A stretch of 64,000 bases of DNA from Neodothiora populina (lineage: Eukaryota). The notes under the pieces are model-generated. The model had not been told where the DNA came from. It saw nothing but the letters and a program-made list of their open reading frames with translations, and did no database searches. This document shows, one piece after another, positions 15,060-25,589 of this stretch. The DNA lies in NCBI RefSeq assembly GCF_041146345.1, contig NW_027191404.1, positions 2,232,001 to 2,296,000 of the forward strand, written 5' to 3'. The translations under genes and the position numbers were made by a program. The number at the start of each line of letters is the position of its first letter. Positions within the stretch are counted from its first letter, which is position 1.

Positions 15060-15856
15060 GATTGCGCTGTTATTGTCCGAAGAGAAGGAGAAATAACAGG
15101 AAGGAAATGTCTGTTGTTGGAGAAGTAAAGTTGTCAATGATCAGGAAGCTGCACCTGTGCACTTGCCCAAAGATCAGGCACTTATCCTGGTCCGTTTCTG
15201 TTGACCTCCACTTGGCGACGGCGGGGTTCAGCTACACCTCACTACCTAACCTTGGAAGTCTCGAATGAGCTCAGCCAACGTCAGAGCGTTTCCCGCTTTT
15301 TGGTGGTCAGTGCGTGAACTGACCGCCCCTCCAACAACCCTAAGGTAGACCTTATCTGCTTGACCATGCCTTGCACACTCTAATGACCCGAAGCTAGTGT
15401 CACATCTTAAATGCTAAATGAGGTGTCTGTTCTTCTCAGCTCGATGGATGTTCTTTGAACAGTGTCGCTGTCTAGAGCCTCGACGATTTTAGTGATGATC
15501 ATGTCTGTGGTCTTTCTTTCTAGACACTCAATGGCCCGGCTGCTGGTCGCTATTGTAATGCTTTGGATAATTAAGGTATACAGGGTATCTTGGCTAATGT
15601 TTCTCTTTCCACACTCCACCGATGCATGGCATGATGTTTCGAAAGTCCAGATCGACATGGCTGTCTTTCTCTCATCCATAACTTGTCCCATCCGACATGC
15701 CTTGATGCACGGTGCGTCTTTCGCCTGCTTGACCTTGTACTGTCGTGTCTGTCTTGCCACGGCCCTGTGCAAGAGACGGCTCTTCTTCTTAGAGGAGGCA
15801 GCGTGTAACTGTTCATCGATCGTGTTGCTTGTGTCTTTCGTAATGCTGCTTACTCC

Positions 15857-16530
15857 TCAAGCTGCCACGTCGAAGCTGGATCCGCATCCACAACTACTCG
15901 TCGCTCCGGGAATACCAGTGACCTTGAATTGACTGCCAATCAACTCCATGGTATAGTCGATCTTGCTTCCTTTGAGCAACTCGAGGCTGGGTTCGTCCAT
16001 GATAACCTTGGCACTTTTGCCATCCTCAGATTCGAACACGGTGTCCTCGTCTTTGTCTATTGATTCCGTGTCTGTCAGAGACATGAGGTATTGGAAACCG
16101 TGGCAGCCGCCGGATTCCACCGAGACTCGTAATGCTAGGTTTGGGTTGTTGTCTGTTTCTGATATTGCACTCAACCGCTAGTATTGTTAGTAAGGAGTAT
16201 ATATCCGGAGTTCGTAGCAGAGCTCACATGTGAGGCCCGCGGCATAATCTCTATGAGCATATCGTTCCCATTCTCATCCTTGCGAGGATTTACCACTGCC
16301 TTAGTCGGCCGGATCGTTGAGGACGAGAACGGCCGCCTTTCTGCAGGTGTCAAGCCCTGGCCCTGAGTTCGGGATCGTAAGGTTTGTCCTGTTGATATCT
16401 GGCGTAGTGGCGTGAGCGTCAGACCTGGTGTTTGTGGCGGATACATCGATGTCTGTCGCAGTGTGCCCGTCGCATGCTTATACCGGCAACAGCCGTACAA
16501 TAGCCGCGGCATCCTGTTGGGTGTAGACAT
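15857..16530 (-). CDS. ISA2: Mitochondrial Fe-S cluster assembly protein Isa2 (intron about 16178-16226)
   Basis: Basic presequence; LRVSVESGGCHGFQY; IDYTMELIGSQF; SSCGCGSSF. Confidence 0.92.
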
Positions 16531-16798
16531 TGTGTTGTTATTGGGGATATTTGTTATATTCGTAGGGACAGAACAAAAAGTACTGTCTGCACTAAAAAGT
16601 GTGGTATATCAAATGATGCAGCGATATGTCAGCGACCGCCCGGCCATCGGCTCCGGAACCGCCGACTCGCCCCTCGGTACAACAATGGACCCTTATTATC
16701 TACAGTATTACTATGTTGTGCTCAACCACTCATCGTCTCCAGAATTACCTTCTTTAAATACAGCAAGAACATAATATATTGAGATCAGACTAGACGTA

Positions 16799-18500
16799 AT
16801 GGGTACTGGAAATGCTGGACAGACTGTCCAGTCATCTACCACTGTCCCAAGGATCCTGATTATTGGTGCGGGCTCTCGTGGCAATGCCTATGCCCGAGCC
16901 GTGCACCAGTCTGGACAAGGTATTGTCGCTGCCGTAGCGGAACCCATCGACTACAAGCGACAGCTATTGGGATCCAAGTATATCTGGCCTGGATCCGAAC
17001 CCCAGCCAGAACATGAATTCTCTGACTGGCGAGACTTTGTGAAGTGGGAGACGCAACGGAGAGAACATGCATCCGCCGGCCTCGAAGTCCCTGAGGCGAT
17101 CCATGGTGTCTTTATCTGCGTGCTTGATGAGCAACACGTCGAGGTTGTCACTGGTCTTGCACCTTTCAAGCTGCACATACTCTGCGAAAAGCCCCTTGCG
17201 ACAACATTGCGTGACTGCCTGGATATCTATAGATCTATGCTCCCAACATCCTCCCAAGACATGCAAAAGGCAGTCTTTGGCATCGGACATGTCCTGCGTT
17301 ACAGGTTGGATTGCCTCTACTCATTGAGCTGAACCCGAGCGCTGATGTCGTAGTCCACATAATATGCTGTTACGAAAGTTGGTCCTTGAAGATAGAGTGA
17401 TTGGGGATGTGATGTCAATCGAGCACACAGAGCCTGTAGGCAATTGGCATTTTTCTCACTCATACGTCAGGTAAGTACCTTACCATACTACAATCGCACG
17501 TCTCCCGTATAAGCCTCATGCCTCGCACAGAGGCAACTGGAGAAAAGAATCGACTACCGCTCCCTCCTTGCTATGTAAAAGTTGCCACGATATCGACTTT
17601 CTCTTATGGATGCTTTGCTCCCCGCCGAAAGACTCGACAGCGCCAGCCCACATACCTTCATCACTGAGCTCCACAGGATCTCTCAAACAATTCCGAAGAC
17701 TCAGGAAGCCCGCCGCAGCCGGCGACGCAACAAATTGTCTGAAATGCAACACCAGAGACACCTGCGTCTACAGTGCTCCACGTATATACTACGACAAGCA
17801 ACTAGCAAAAGGCAACACAGACTGGCCCGTCAACATCGTCGAGCCAGAGATCGAGTCCTGCTACATCACCCAGGGAGCAGAAGCCGCTAAAGAAATGCTA
17901 TTCAACAGCCTCGGCGCAGATTACGACGCGCAGAAGACTCCAAGACGACACATCGAAGCGCGACCATGGTACGGCCGCTGCGTATGGGAATCAGATAACG
18001 ACGTATGCGACGACCAATTCGTGACCATAACCTGGGACGACGAACCTGCGACCTGCCCCTCAACGGGCCAAGAAACATCACCACTACACTTTGCCAAAAC
18101 CGCCTCCTTCCACATGATTGCCCAGACCGAAAAGCAATGCGAGCGCCGCGGCTGGATCTACGGCTCAGAAGGCGAAATCTCGTACGACGGAACCACAATC
18201 ACAGTCTACGACTTCGCGACGCAGGGGTTCACGCGCCACGACCCGCCTCGTCGCGGAGGCGGACACGGAGGAGGCGACGATGGGCTGGCGACGCAGTTTT
18301 TGAAAGCTATCGATGCGGTGCTGAATCATGGCGTCGGCGTCGAAGAGGCGCAGGCTGAACATCTGGGGTGTTCCCTCGAAGAGGTCGTTAGGAGTCATGC
18401 TTTAGTCTTTGCTGCCGAGGAAGCTCGTAGGGACAGGAAGGTTGTTGATTGGAAGGATTGGTGGGCGCAGAGTATGAAGACGGTCACTGCAGATGCTTGA
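16799..18500 (+). CDS. Gfo/Idh/MocA-family NAD(P)-dependent oxidoreductase (3 exons)
   Basis: IIGAGSRG Rossmann motif, HILCEKPLA, GHVLRYSPHN, HSYVRGNW, KSCHDID, GHGGGD. Confidence 0.9.
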
Positions 18501-19027
18501 GAGATGATCTTCCGACGGACCCCCAGTTGCTACCCAGTCTACTCTACTGCGCGACTACTCGAGGATTGCTATGGCAAACCCTTCTCAGTAGCTTCGGCAC
18601 TCTGATGATTACTTTCTGTGGAGTCGATTGCTCAAATGCCGCAACATACCTTAGTTTGATAATGATGACTTACGACCCTAACATACCACTTTTGACGTGG
18701 CATTGTTCTGATGACTGATCTTGATTATTGCGGTACACAACCATCACCTACAGCGCGACAAAACAAGGATGAGTTCAAGCCGATGTAGAGTGCTTATATG
18801 AGCGAAACGCATGTAGCCATTGAATTAATAAGAACGAACCTGAATTGTTTCTTTCAATTACATAAAGTATATATAGCAACGAGCTGTCCCAACGATCAGA
18901 GGGTTCGTGAGTGATCAAACTACACCCATCACTTCACCGTTATTCACAAAATAGTAGCCTGGTTATAACCGTCAGTCGTTGCTCAAGAATACATGAGCGC
19001 GAGAGAAAGAGGTGATATATAAGGAGG

Positions 19028-19125
19028 TGATTCAGAGATAGGGACTGAGTCCCGTGCAAGCTATTCCGCAGCAAAAGAGTACAAGTCTTCTCGGCCTGGT
19101 GCCAGCTGGTGTATCATCATATAAA
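19028..19125 (-). ncRNA. Box C/D snoRNA in a non-coding intron (18959-19170); D' guide predicted to methylate the 18S G562-equivalent
   Basis: Minus strand: donor GTACGT (19170), box C ATGATGA (19120-19114), guide GCTGGCACCAG-G then D' CCGA (19094-19091), box D CTGA (19035-19032), branch ACTGAC and acceptor CAG (18961-18959). The guide is an 11-nt perfect complement of conserved 18S CUGGUGCCAGC. Confidence 0.8.
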
Positions 19126-19212
19126 GAGAGGAAACGAGGGAAAAAGACAAAAAAATTGGTTAAAACGTACCTGTCAGTGATGGATCCAGACGAAACATGA
19201 CAAAAAGCGTGG

Positions 19213-19390
19213 TGATGTCCGCACCCCTGCTCAAGGCCAATCTTGACGACGGGTCGGCAAGACGATATGAGCAGTCTTTGGGCCCGAAAGCTCGCCAAAG
19301 CCGATGCGAAAGATATCAATATCAGCACTTCTCGGCGCAGTCTCAGCTATGGGTATGAGCTTGGACTGCAATTTGACATCCGTGCTAGGG
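19213..19390 (-). ncRNA. Box H/ACA snoRNA, snR85/ACA5-like (18S Psi1181-equivalent)
   Basis: Hairpin 1 has stems AGCAC/GTGCT and GCAGTC/GACTGC. Its pocket strands GTCAAATT and GCCG pair with 18S CGGC-UU-AAUUUGAC. H-like box ATATTG lies 14 nt from the pocket top; the second, branched hairpin closes with TCGCATC/GGTGCGG followed by ACA (19218-19216). Confidence 0.75.
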
Positions 19391-19493
19391 TATGTAAGGC
19401 GAGACGAAGGAATGGCAAGAGGACTGGGGGTCAGTAAAAGTCGAAAGGATGCATGTCGTGTACCGGTATTGTATTATACTAGGGATAAGTTTA

Positions 19494-21635
19494 CTACATG
19501 TCGTCTTCCGCATCATCCTCGGCAGCAGCTTCGCGGTCTTCGAACTTCATAAACTCGTCGCCATTGCCGCCAACGATACGCAGCCATGTCTGTTTGACAT
19601 TGTCGAGGACACTGTCGTTAAAAGCCAGATCCAAGGGAGCGTTCGGGAAACGAAGAATGTTGCCATTAGCTTCGTCAGCGACATTTGGTGAATGGAAGTT
19701 CGAGCTCTGTTGGTATTGCAACGTCCAGAGCACTTTGACATCTGATCCTTGTGTAGCGATCAATTTCTTGATGGCCTTTTGGAGTAACTCGAAGGCTTTG
19801 TCGCCAGTAAGAGCTATACTAGCGTAAAGAATACCTGTGACATCGACGTTAGCTTCTAGCTTTGAGAAGACTGAGTAGTAGTCGAGTTGAAGTGTGCAAA
19901 GTGGTTGCAGATCAGGTTGTCAGAGATGTTTGATAATCAAGGTTATTCAGGCAATGTAGATAAGTATTCGTATTCTTTGGTTCATCCTTGCATTGCCACT
20001 TTGCGGAAGATTGGAGGATATGGAATCGGCGTTTGAACTTACATTGACCCTTTGGACACTCGCCAGTGTCACTAGTGTGTGCTACAACATGCACAGGCGG
20101 AGTGGTTATTGAATCTGCATCCAAAGAGCTGGATGGAAAGACAACAACTGCGCCAGCTGGAGTGACACCACCCTCAGCTGTGACCGGGAAAAGTGAGGGA
20201 AGATCTGCAGACACAATCGAAATGCAGCGCGATATGACAGATGACTCAGTCAAAGTAGCGGCTTCGCCAGGATGCTCGCTACTGGCAATAGGCAAGTCAT
20301 CATCGGTCCCAACAACGAAGTCTGCTTTGACAGTATCTCCGCCATCTAGACGGATGTAAAATTGTCTCTGCGGCTCAGCAGGTTTTGATGTCTCTTGAGG
20401 TGCCGCTGCAGTCTCAGTGGGCTGGCCTGCATCTTCGGAGTCGATGCTGTATCCAGCTTCAGCCAAGAGCTGCTCCAGGGATTGCTCTTTGATCTCTGTC
20501 TCAAGAGTCTCGAGGCTTTCCTCGTTGGTGGGGACGAACTCATTGGCGCCAATAGCATCAGAGACTTCTTGAGAGATATCTTCCTGATCCATTTGAGGAC
20601 GTGGGACTTCTTCGACATCGCGGTCTTCAATCGATTCAATGCCTTTGCCAAGCACATAGACAGCACCCCCGACAGCGCAAGCTCGACATGCGACTTGAGC
20701 GAGCTCGGACAACCCGCCCCACTTAGGGATGACAGCGCCAAACCCTGGACCGAACATTCCGATGGACCGTAAATGTCTCGCGATCTTAGGCACAGCAAAG
20801 CCAGTAGTGGTGTTCTGGGGCATGTTGGGGCTCAAAGTCAATGCCAGCAAGGGACCATGTGACGCGACTGGGAGATTGAACTGCTGAACCAAGAAGTCGG
20901 GGAACGGGGTGTCTTGGTTCGTCTCCCAGATCTCGGGTCTCTCTTCATATGCAGCAACGAAGCGAATGAATTTCATCAAGGAGCCTTTCGACTTCAATGA
21001 CAGTGATTCATCGGCGAATATATCTTCCCGACCGTTAGGCACTCTGAGAAGTCTTTGCTGCTCTTCATCTACCGCTGCATCTGCACCACGCTCTCTTGAC
21101 CCACCACGGTCATAGACGAACCAGCTACCAACAGCTTGAAACTCAAGCTGCTGATGAGCTCTGGACGACACCAAGACGGGTAGCAGAGCTGACCGGGTGT
21201 AGAGCAGAGTTGGAGCTAGGGAGAGGTTGTACGAGCGGGATGATCCCACCGAGGCCTTGCCTACAACATCTGGACGATGGTATGAGGCATTGCTGAAAGG
21301 TGAACGGGAGTTTGCTATCGCTTGGTCAGCAACAGGTCTAGGCCGCGATGAACGAAGCTCCTCTTCTTACCTGAGTTGACAATCTCTGCAAATTGCTCGG
21401 CTTCATCGAGACTTAGTGCGGCCTCGGAGCCGCCGTAGACATCATTCTTGTCTATATGGAGGACTTTCTTCCCAGAACGGGACAGAGCACTTCAAATCAC
21501 ATGCTGCGTCAGTCAGAACCAATCACACATGGATGTTATGGTTCTTTAACAAGAGACATACAGTGCAAGCAGAGACTGCTGGATTCCTGTGCCAGAAATG
21601 AGAATATCCCAGTCTGTGCCTTCGAGTGTGTCCAT
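19494..21635 (-). CDS. MRS6: Rab escort protein / Rab geranylgeranyltransferase component A (GDI family), 4 exons
   Basis: WDILISGTGIQQSLLALALSRSGKKVLHIDKNDVYGG; SRSYNLSLAPTLLY; PKWGGLSELAQVACRACAVGG; ECPKGQC-ILYAS; acidic tail. Confidence 0.9.
19908..19992 (-). ncRNA. Intronic dual-guide box C/D snoRNA (snR62/U34-like) in the last MRS6 intron (19835-20042)
   Basis: C box AGGATGA (19988-19982), D' CTGA (19950-19947) preceded by CTTATCTACATTG (antisense to 25S CAAUGUAGAUAAG), C' TTGATTA, D CTGA (19915-19912) preceded by CATCTCTGACAA; flanked by the 9-bp inverted repeat GCAAAGTGG/CCACTTTGC. Confidence 0.87.
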
Positions 21636-22216
21636 GGCTGCGTATGATTTGGGCGAATTTGTAGGTGCAAAGAAATGAGAGAAGTCAAGCCAAGCTTTGC
21701 CTTAGTCAGCCAGCCGAGGACCCACCAAGCGGCCTACCGCATTTCTCTTGCTGCTGCAGCTGATTTTCTTTTTCTGATCAATCGCGTCCGCCAGCAGCTT
21801 CTGATCATCGTGAAGAAGTTGCGCGGCAGGGTCCTCTTCATTGTTGGACCTTTGGGCGCGTGAGAAGGAAAGTCTCGGCCTGTATCTCCTCCTCTAGAAA
21901 TTACATGAAAGAGGAGGTCGTTTGTGTCGCAACATGCATTAATTACATTTTTGTCCTATAATTCTACGAATGAAATTTGGCCACAACAATGGACAGAGAG
22001 CCCCAAGTGCGAGTGTCTTTATATAAAGGCATCCTGATCGCGTCAGACCTTGCGTAGAAATATCATGAAAGAAGTCATTTCGCATTTCGTAGGATATCTA
22101 TCTTGGGTAAACGACCTGCTAGTTTCTAAGCGCTACGGCCGGTCTCCACGAGAGACTGTGCCATTCGACCTGGCCCTTCTATAGTCTATCCTCTAGGATT
22201 TCATCAGGTATACCAT

Positions 22217-23056
22217 CTACAACTTTGCAAGAACAGTATCGGCGGCGGAAGCCTGAGTGATTCACGTTAGCAAGATCCCTTCAAGGTTCTGAACAAAGTG
22301 TTCGGCCTTACAGCGACTTCGCCAGGGTTCTTCTCGTTCTCGGCGTAGCTGATAGTGCCATCCTTCTCGACGATCATGGCCCAGCGACCGTTGCGGTCGC
22401 CCATGCCGGCGGGCCAGCCATAGTGCTGCGAGAAAAGGCTTTTGGTGTCACTGAGCATGAGCTGCATTATGTGTTAGCTAGATGCGCCTGTTCGTCTCCT
22501 CGAGGGGTCACTTACGAAGTCCTCTCCAGTGGGAGCCTTGTTGACCTTGCCCCATCCTGCTGCAGTTAGCTACCTGCTGTAGGCGAGACCTATGACCAGC
22601 GCAGCGTACCATTCATGACAAAGGCGTCGTTGGAGGCAATGACTGCGACCTTGTCGACACCCTTGGACTTGAGCTCGTTGAACTTGTGAACGTAAGGAGG
22701 AAGGTGGTAGGCCGAGCAGCTAGGGGTGAAAGCGCCTATGTACAATTGCAGTGTCAGTCGAGTGCACAAGTAGACCACTTTGAAATCAGTCAAACTTACC
22801 AGGAAGAGAGACGATGACGACCTTCTTGCCCTGCCATTCCTTGGAAGCGTCGTACTCCTGGGGACGACCGCAAACGGTGGGGTCCTCGTCAAGGATCGGA
22901 GCCCAGCTGTGGCAGTAAAGTCAGCATATTGTGCAGCTAAGAGACAGGAAACCGACAGCTGTCATGTAGGATTGATAATCAGAAAACACAAGGATCGAAA
23001 ACATACTCGAACTTGACGCCCTCGGGGAACTTGTCGCCAGCCTTGAGTGGTGCCAT
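22217..23056 (-). CDS. AHP1: Peroxiredoxin Prx5/Ahp1/Pmp20 (Asp f3-like), 6 exons, C-terminal PTS1 -AKL
   Basis: [63 protein letters not shown], ends DTVLAKL. Confidence 0.92.
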
Positions 23057-24052
23057 TGTGAATGTGAGAAATTGAATGGAGTGTGTTGATTCGAATCGAC
23101 TTGTATTGAGATTGGTGTATGTATCAAAGACTTGTTCAAAGAGAACGAGAGAGGTTGAATACTTTATGGGAGAGCTTGAAGGTGGTATTTGTCACGGAGT
23201 TAACCTTCTGAGCCCCTCCAAGCCCCACCTTGAGGCACTCGCAATGTGTTGCTTCATAATGGATGATGGTCGCAATCGTACCATAATGCTGCCAGCAAAG
23301 ACTAGCCACACCATTTAATTCCATCTGTTTTCATTTCCGCATTACGACGTTCTTCCGAATATCATCTATGTGACCGTCCATCAAGGTTGCCAACCCACTT
23401 TTCCGGTCTCGGTCCTGTCGAATATTGTGGATAGAAATCTCCCAAAATTTCTGGAGCGTTCGCAATCCGCAATTGCATCATATCTGACGGTTTGCATTCA
23501 AGCTCCGATAGTCGGAGACCAAGTGTTCAGCGCGATAGGTTAGTTAGGTCTTCTCCTTAAGGTACCTTGACTTATCTTACGATCGATGCCGAGGCACCTT
23601 TGACAGGTACGAGCAGCTCAAGCTAAGGTAGGATGAGAGCCCCGTATCCCTTGCCTCCGCGGTGTTTTAGAAGCTTGAGGTACTTCCTAGGATGCTCCGC
23701 GATACAGACAGGTACAGACCCACGTAGGAACACGCACTCTCTACGAGCTCCAATGCAAACATAGTAGACAAGTCTCGGCCATTCAATGACACGACATGCA
23801 AAGGATTATTTGATCTCTCGGGATTTTACAGTGACTTGAGCTGTCTTAAGAACCGGATAAGTTACCTTCCTAGTTTACGCAACAAGATAGTGCATGCAAG
23901 CCGTCATAAGCATTCAAGGATTACATTTGGACATCTCGATTCAGATAACCAGATCTAAATATCCTTTTCGAACGCCCTCATTCACCCCCTCGATTCTCTA
24001 CCTATAGAGAAACAAAGAGTATCCTCAATCAGTGCGCTCTGGAACGAAAAAG

Positions 24053-24558
24053 ATGGCGGCACCACCTTTCACTCAAGATTCGGCCCGCGCGAAGGTGAAG
24101 AGGGCGCAAGATCTGTGGAACACCAAGTAGGTCCTTCTGGGCAACCAAGTCACTGCGGAGTGAGCCTGACACCGCCCAGGGATCCCAAAAGTGTCGCAAA
24201 GGCGTACACACCAGACTGCATATGGAGGAACAGAGACGTGTTCTTTTCTGGCACCCAGGCCATCGAGGAGTTCCTGACCAAGAAATGGGAAAAGGAAAAG
24301 AACTACATATTGAGGAAGGAGCTCTTTGCGTTCGATAGCGATAAGATTGCTGTGCAGTTCTGGTACGAGTTCCAGGATACACACGATGGCATGAAATGGA
24401 AGCGTCTCTACGGGCTCGAAGACTGGACGTTCGCCGCAGACGGACGGATGCGCAAACGTCAGATGAGCGGCAACGTGGTTGAAATCTCGGAGGAGGAGAG
24501 GTGGTTCAAGGAAGGTGTCGATGTCAATGCCGTCGAGATCTCAGAGGAGCATTGGTAG
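24053..24558 (+). CDS. DUF1348 / SnoaL-NTF2-like protein (1 intron)
   Basis: PPFTQDSARAKVKRAQDLWNT, AYTPDCIWRNRD, YILRKELFAF, IAVQFWYE, GLEDWTF, MRKRQMS. Confidence 0.9.
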
Positions 24559-24752
24559 CGTTGCAGACGGTTCTGGGCAGCTTCACTCTACCCATGAGCG
24601 GTCTGGCCGGGAATGCTTCCCAACTGTGTCTTCGCATGCAGGTTTGCAGGAAGGTAGGATGACTCTGACAGGCGCAAGACTCGAGACTTGTAGCGTGACA
24701 ACGACAAGGTTTAATCGACGGGAAGATCAATACATAGCCATGTCTGCAGAGC

Positions 24753-25204
24753 TCACGCGGGTGGGGTATCGTGAATGACAACGGCAATGAATTTAGGATC
24801 TGATTCACAATCATATTAGCAACGGCATGTCTTTCAGGGCACATTCCACATGACATACCTGGCACAATCACAAGCTCCATTTTCTTTGACCTGATTCTGA
24901 GCAGCTTCACCTCATCGTCGGCGGGTCCGTTGAGTTCCTGCAACATGCTGCCTGCTGCCTTGGCGAAGTTCCATACAATGCGGGCAATGTCCTCAGTACT
25001 CTGTGTGCCATCTTCCTTTTCGCCTTCACCACCATTTGTGGTGGCTGACAGGGCACTCTCTGGATCGACGGAGTCGTCACGAAAGGCGAGACCTGAGGCT
25101 TTGACTATTGCACCAGTATCGCGAGACAGGATGAGGGTGCCACGGACACCTGGTTTCTGAGCAAGACGGGTGAGATGGGAGAATGAGTCCTCGGTCGCCA
25201 TCAT
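24753..25204 (-). CDS. Roadblock/LC7 dynein light chain-related protein (1 intron)
   Basis: LTRLAQKPGVRGTLILSRDTGAIV..DDEVKLLRIRSKKMELVIVP|DPKFIAVVIHDTPPA. Confidence 0.85.
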
Positions 25205-25589
25205 GTTTTTATCTTGAGGGTGCAGTAGGACAGAAGGGGACTTTTGATAGAGCTGTTATCTCAGTGACTTAAATAATTAAATGCACAGTAATTGCAAGGC
25301 AACTTATCGCGCATCAGTATCGCATTATTATTGAGGTGTCATTGTTTGCATAAAGCAACATTGAGCTTGGCGCAAGGGTCCGTGCACCAAGCACCAGGGC
25401 CGATGGTTGTCCGTCATAGGTCAACCGCTTGTTGACGACGATTGGGAAGGCTCGAAGACGCTCTTTCTCTGTGATTCCACACATCCATTCGCCTCCTTCC
25501 CCTAGCATCAACATTACATCTCATATAGCACTTTGAGAGTCCTGTGCCTCTTTCCCGCATCTCATCTAATATCCCGTCAATCTTGCACC

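Noticed and set aside
18662..18718. ATGATGA...CTGA on the plus strand downstream of the oxidoreductase gene
   Set aside because: Only about 50-57 nt, no convincing rRNA complement, no intron context
19036..19048. Plus-strand AGATAGGGA-CTGA, resembling an snR65-type guide plus D box
   Set aside because: No box C upstream on the plus strand; it lies antisense within the better-supported minus-strand snoRNA
19087..19097. CTTCTCGGCCT matching the metazoan U2 snRNA 5' end
   Set aside because: Fungal U2 differs here as far as I recall, the rest of U2 is absent, and the match overlaps the D' box
19141..19170. Sm-site-like AATTTTTTTG on the minus strand suggesting an snRNA or telomerase RNA
   Set aside because: It lies inside the intron's pyrimidine tract downstream of the donor; no snRNA signature or telomeric template nearby
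19340..19360. CTGAGA and ATACCC motifs reminiscent of a TPP riboswitch
   Set aside because: Motifs are in the wrong order, there is no P4/P5 module, and the region is explained by the H/ACA hairpin
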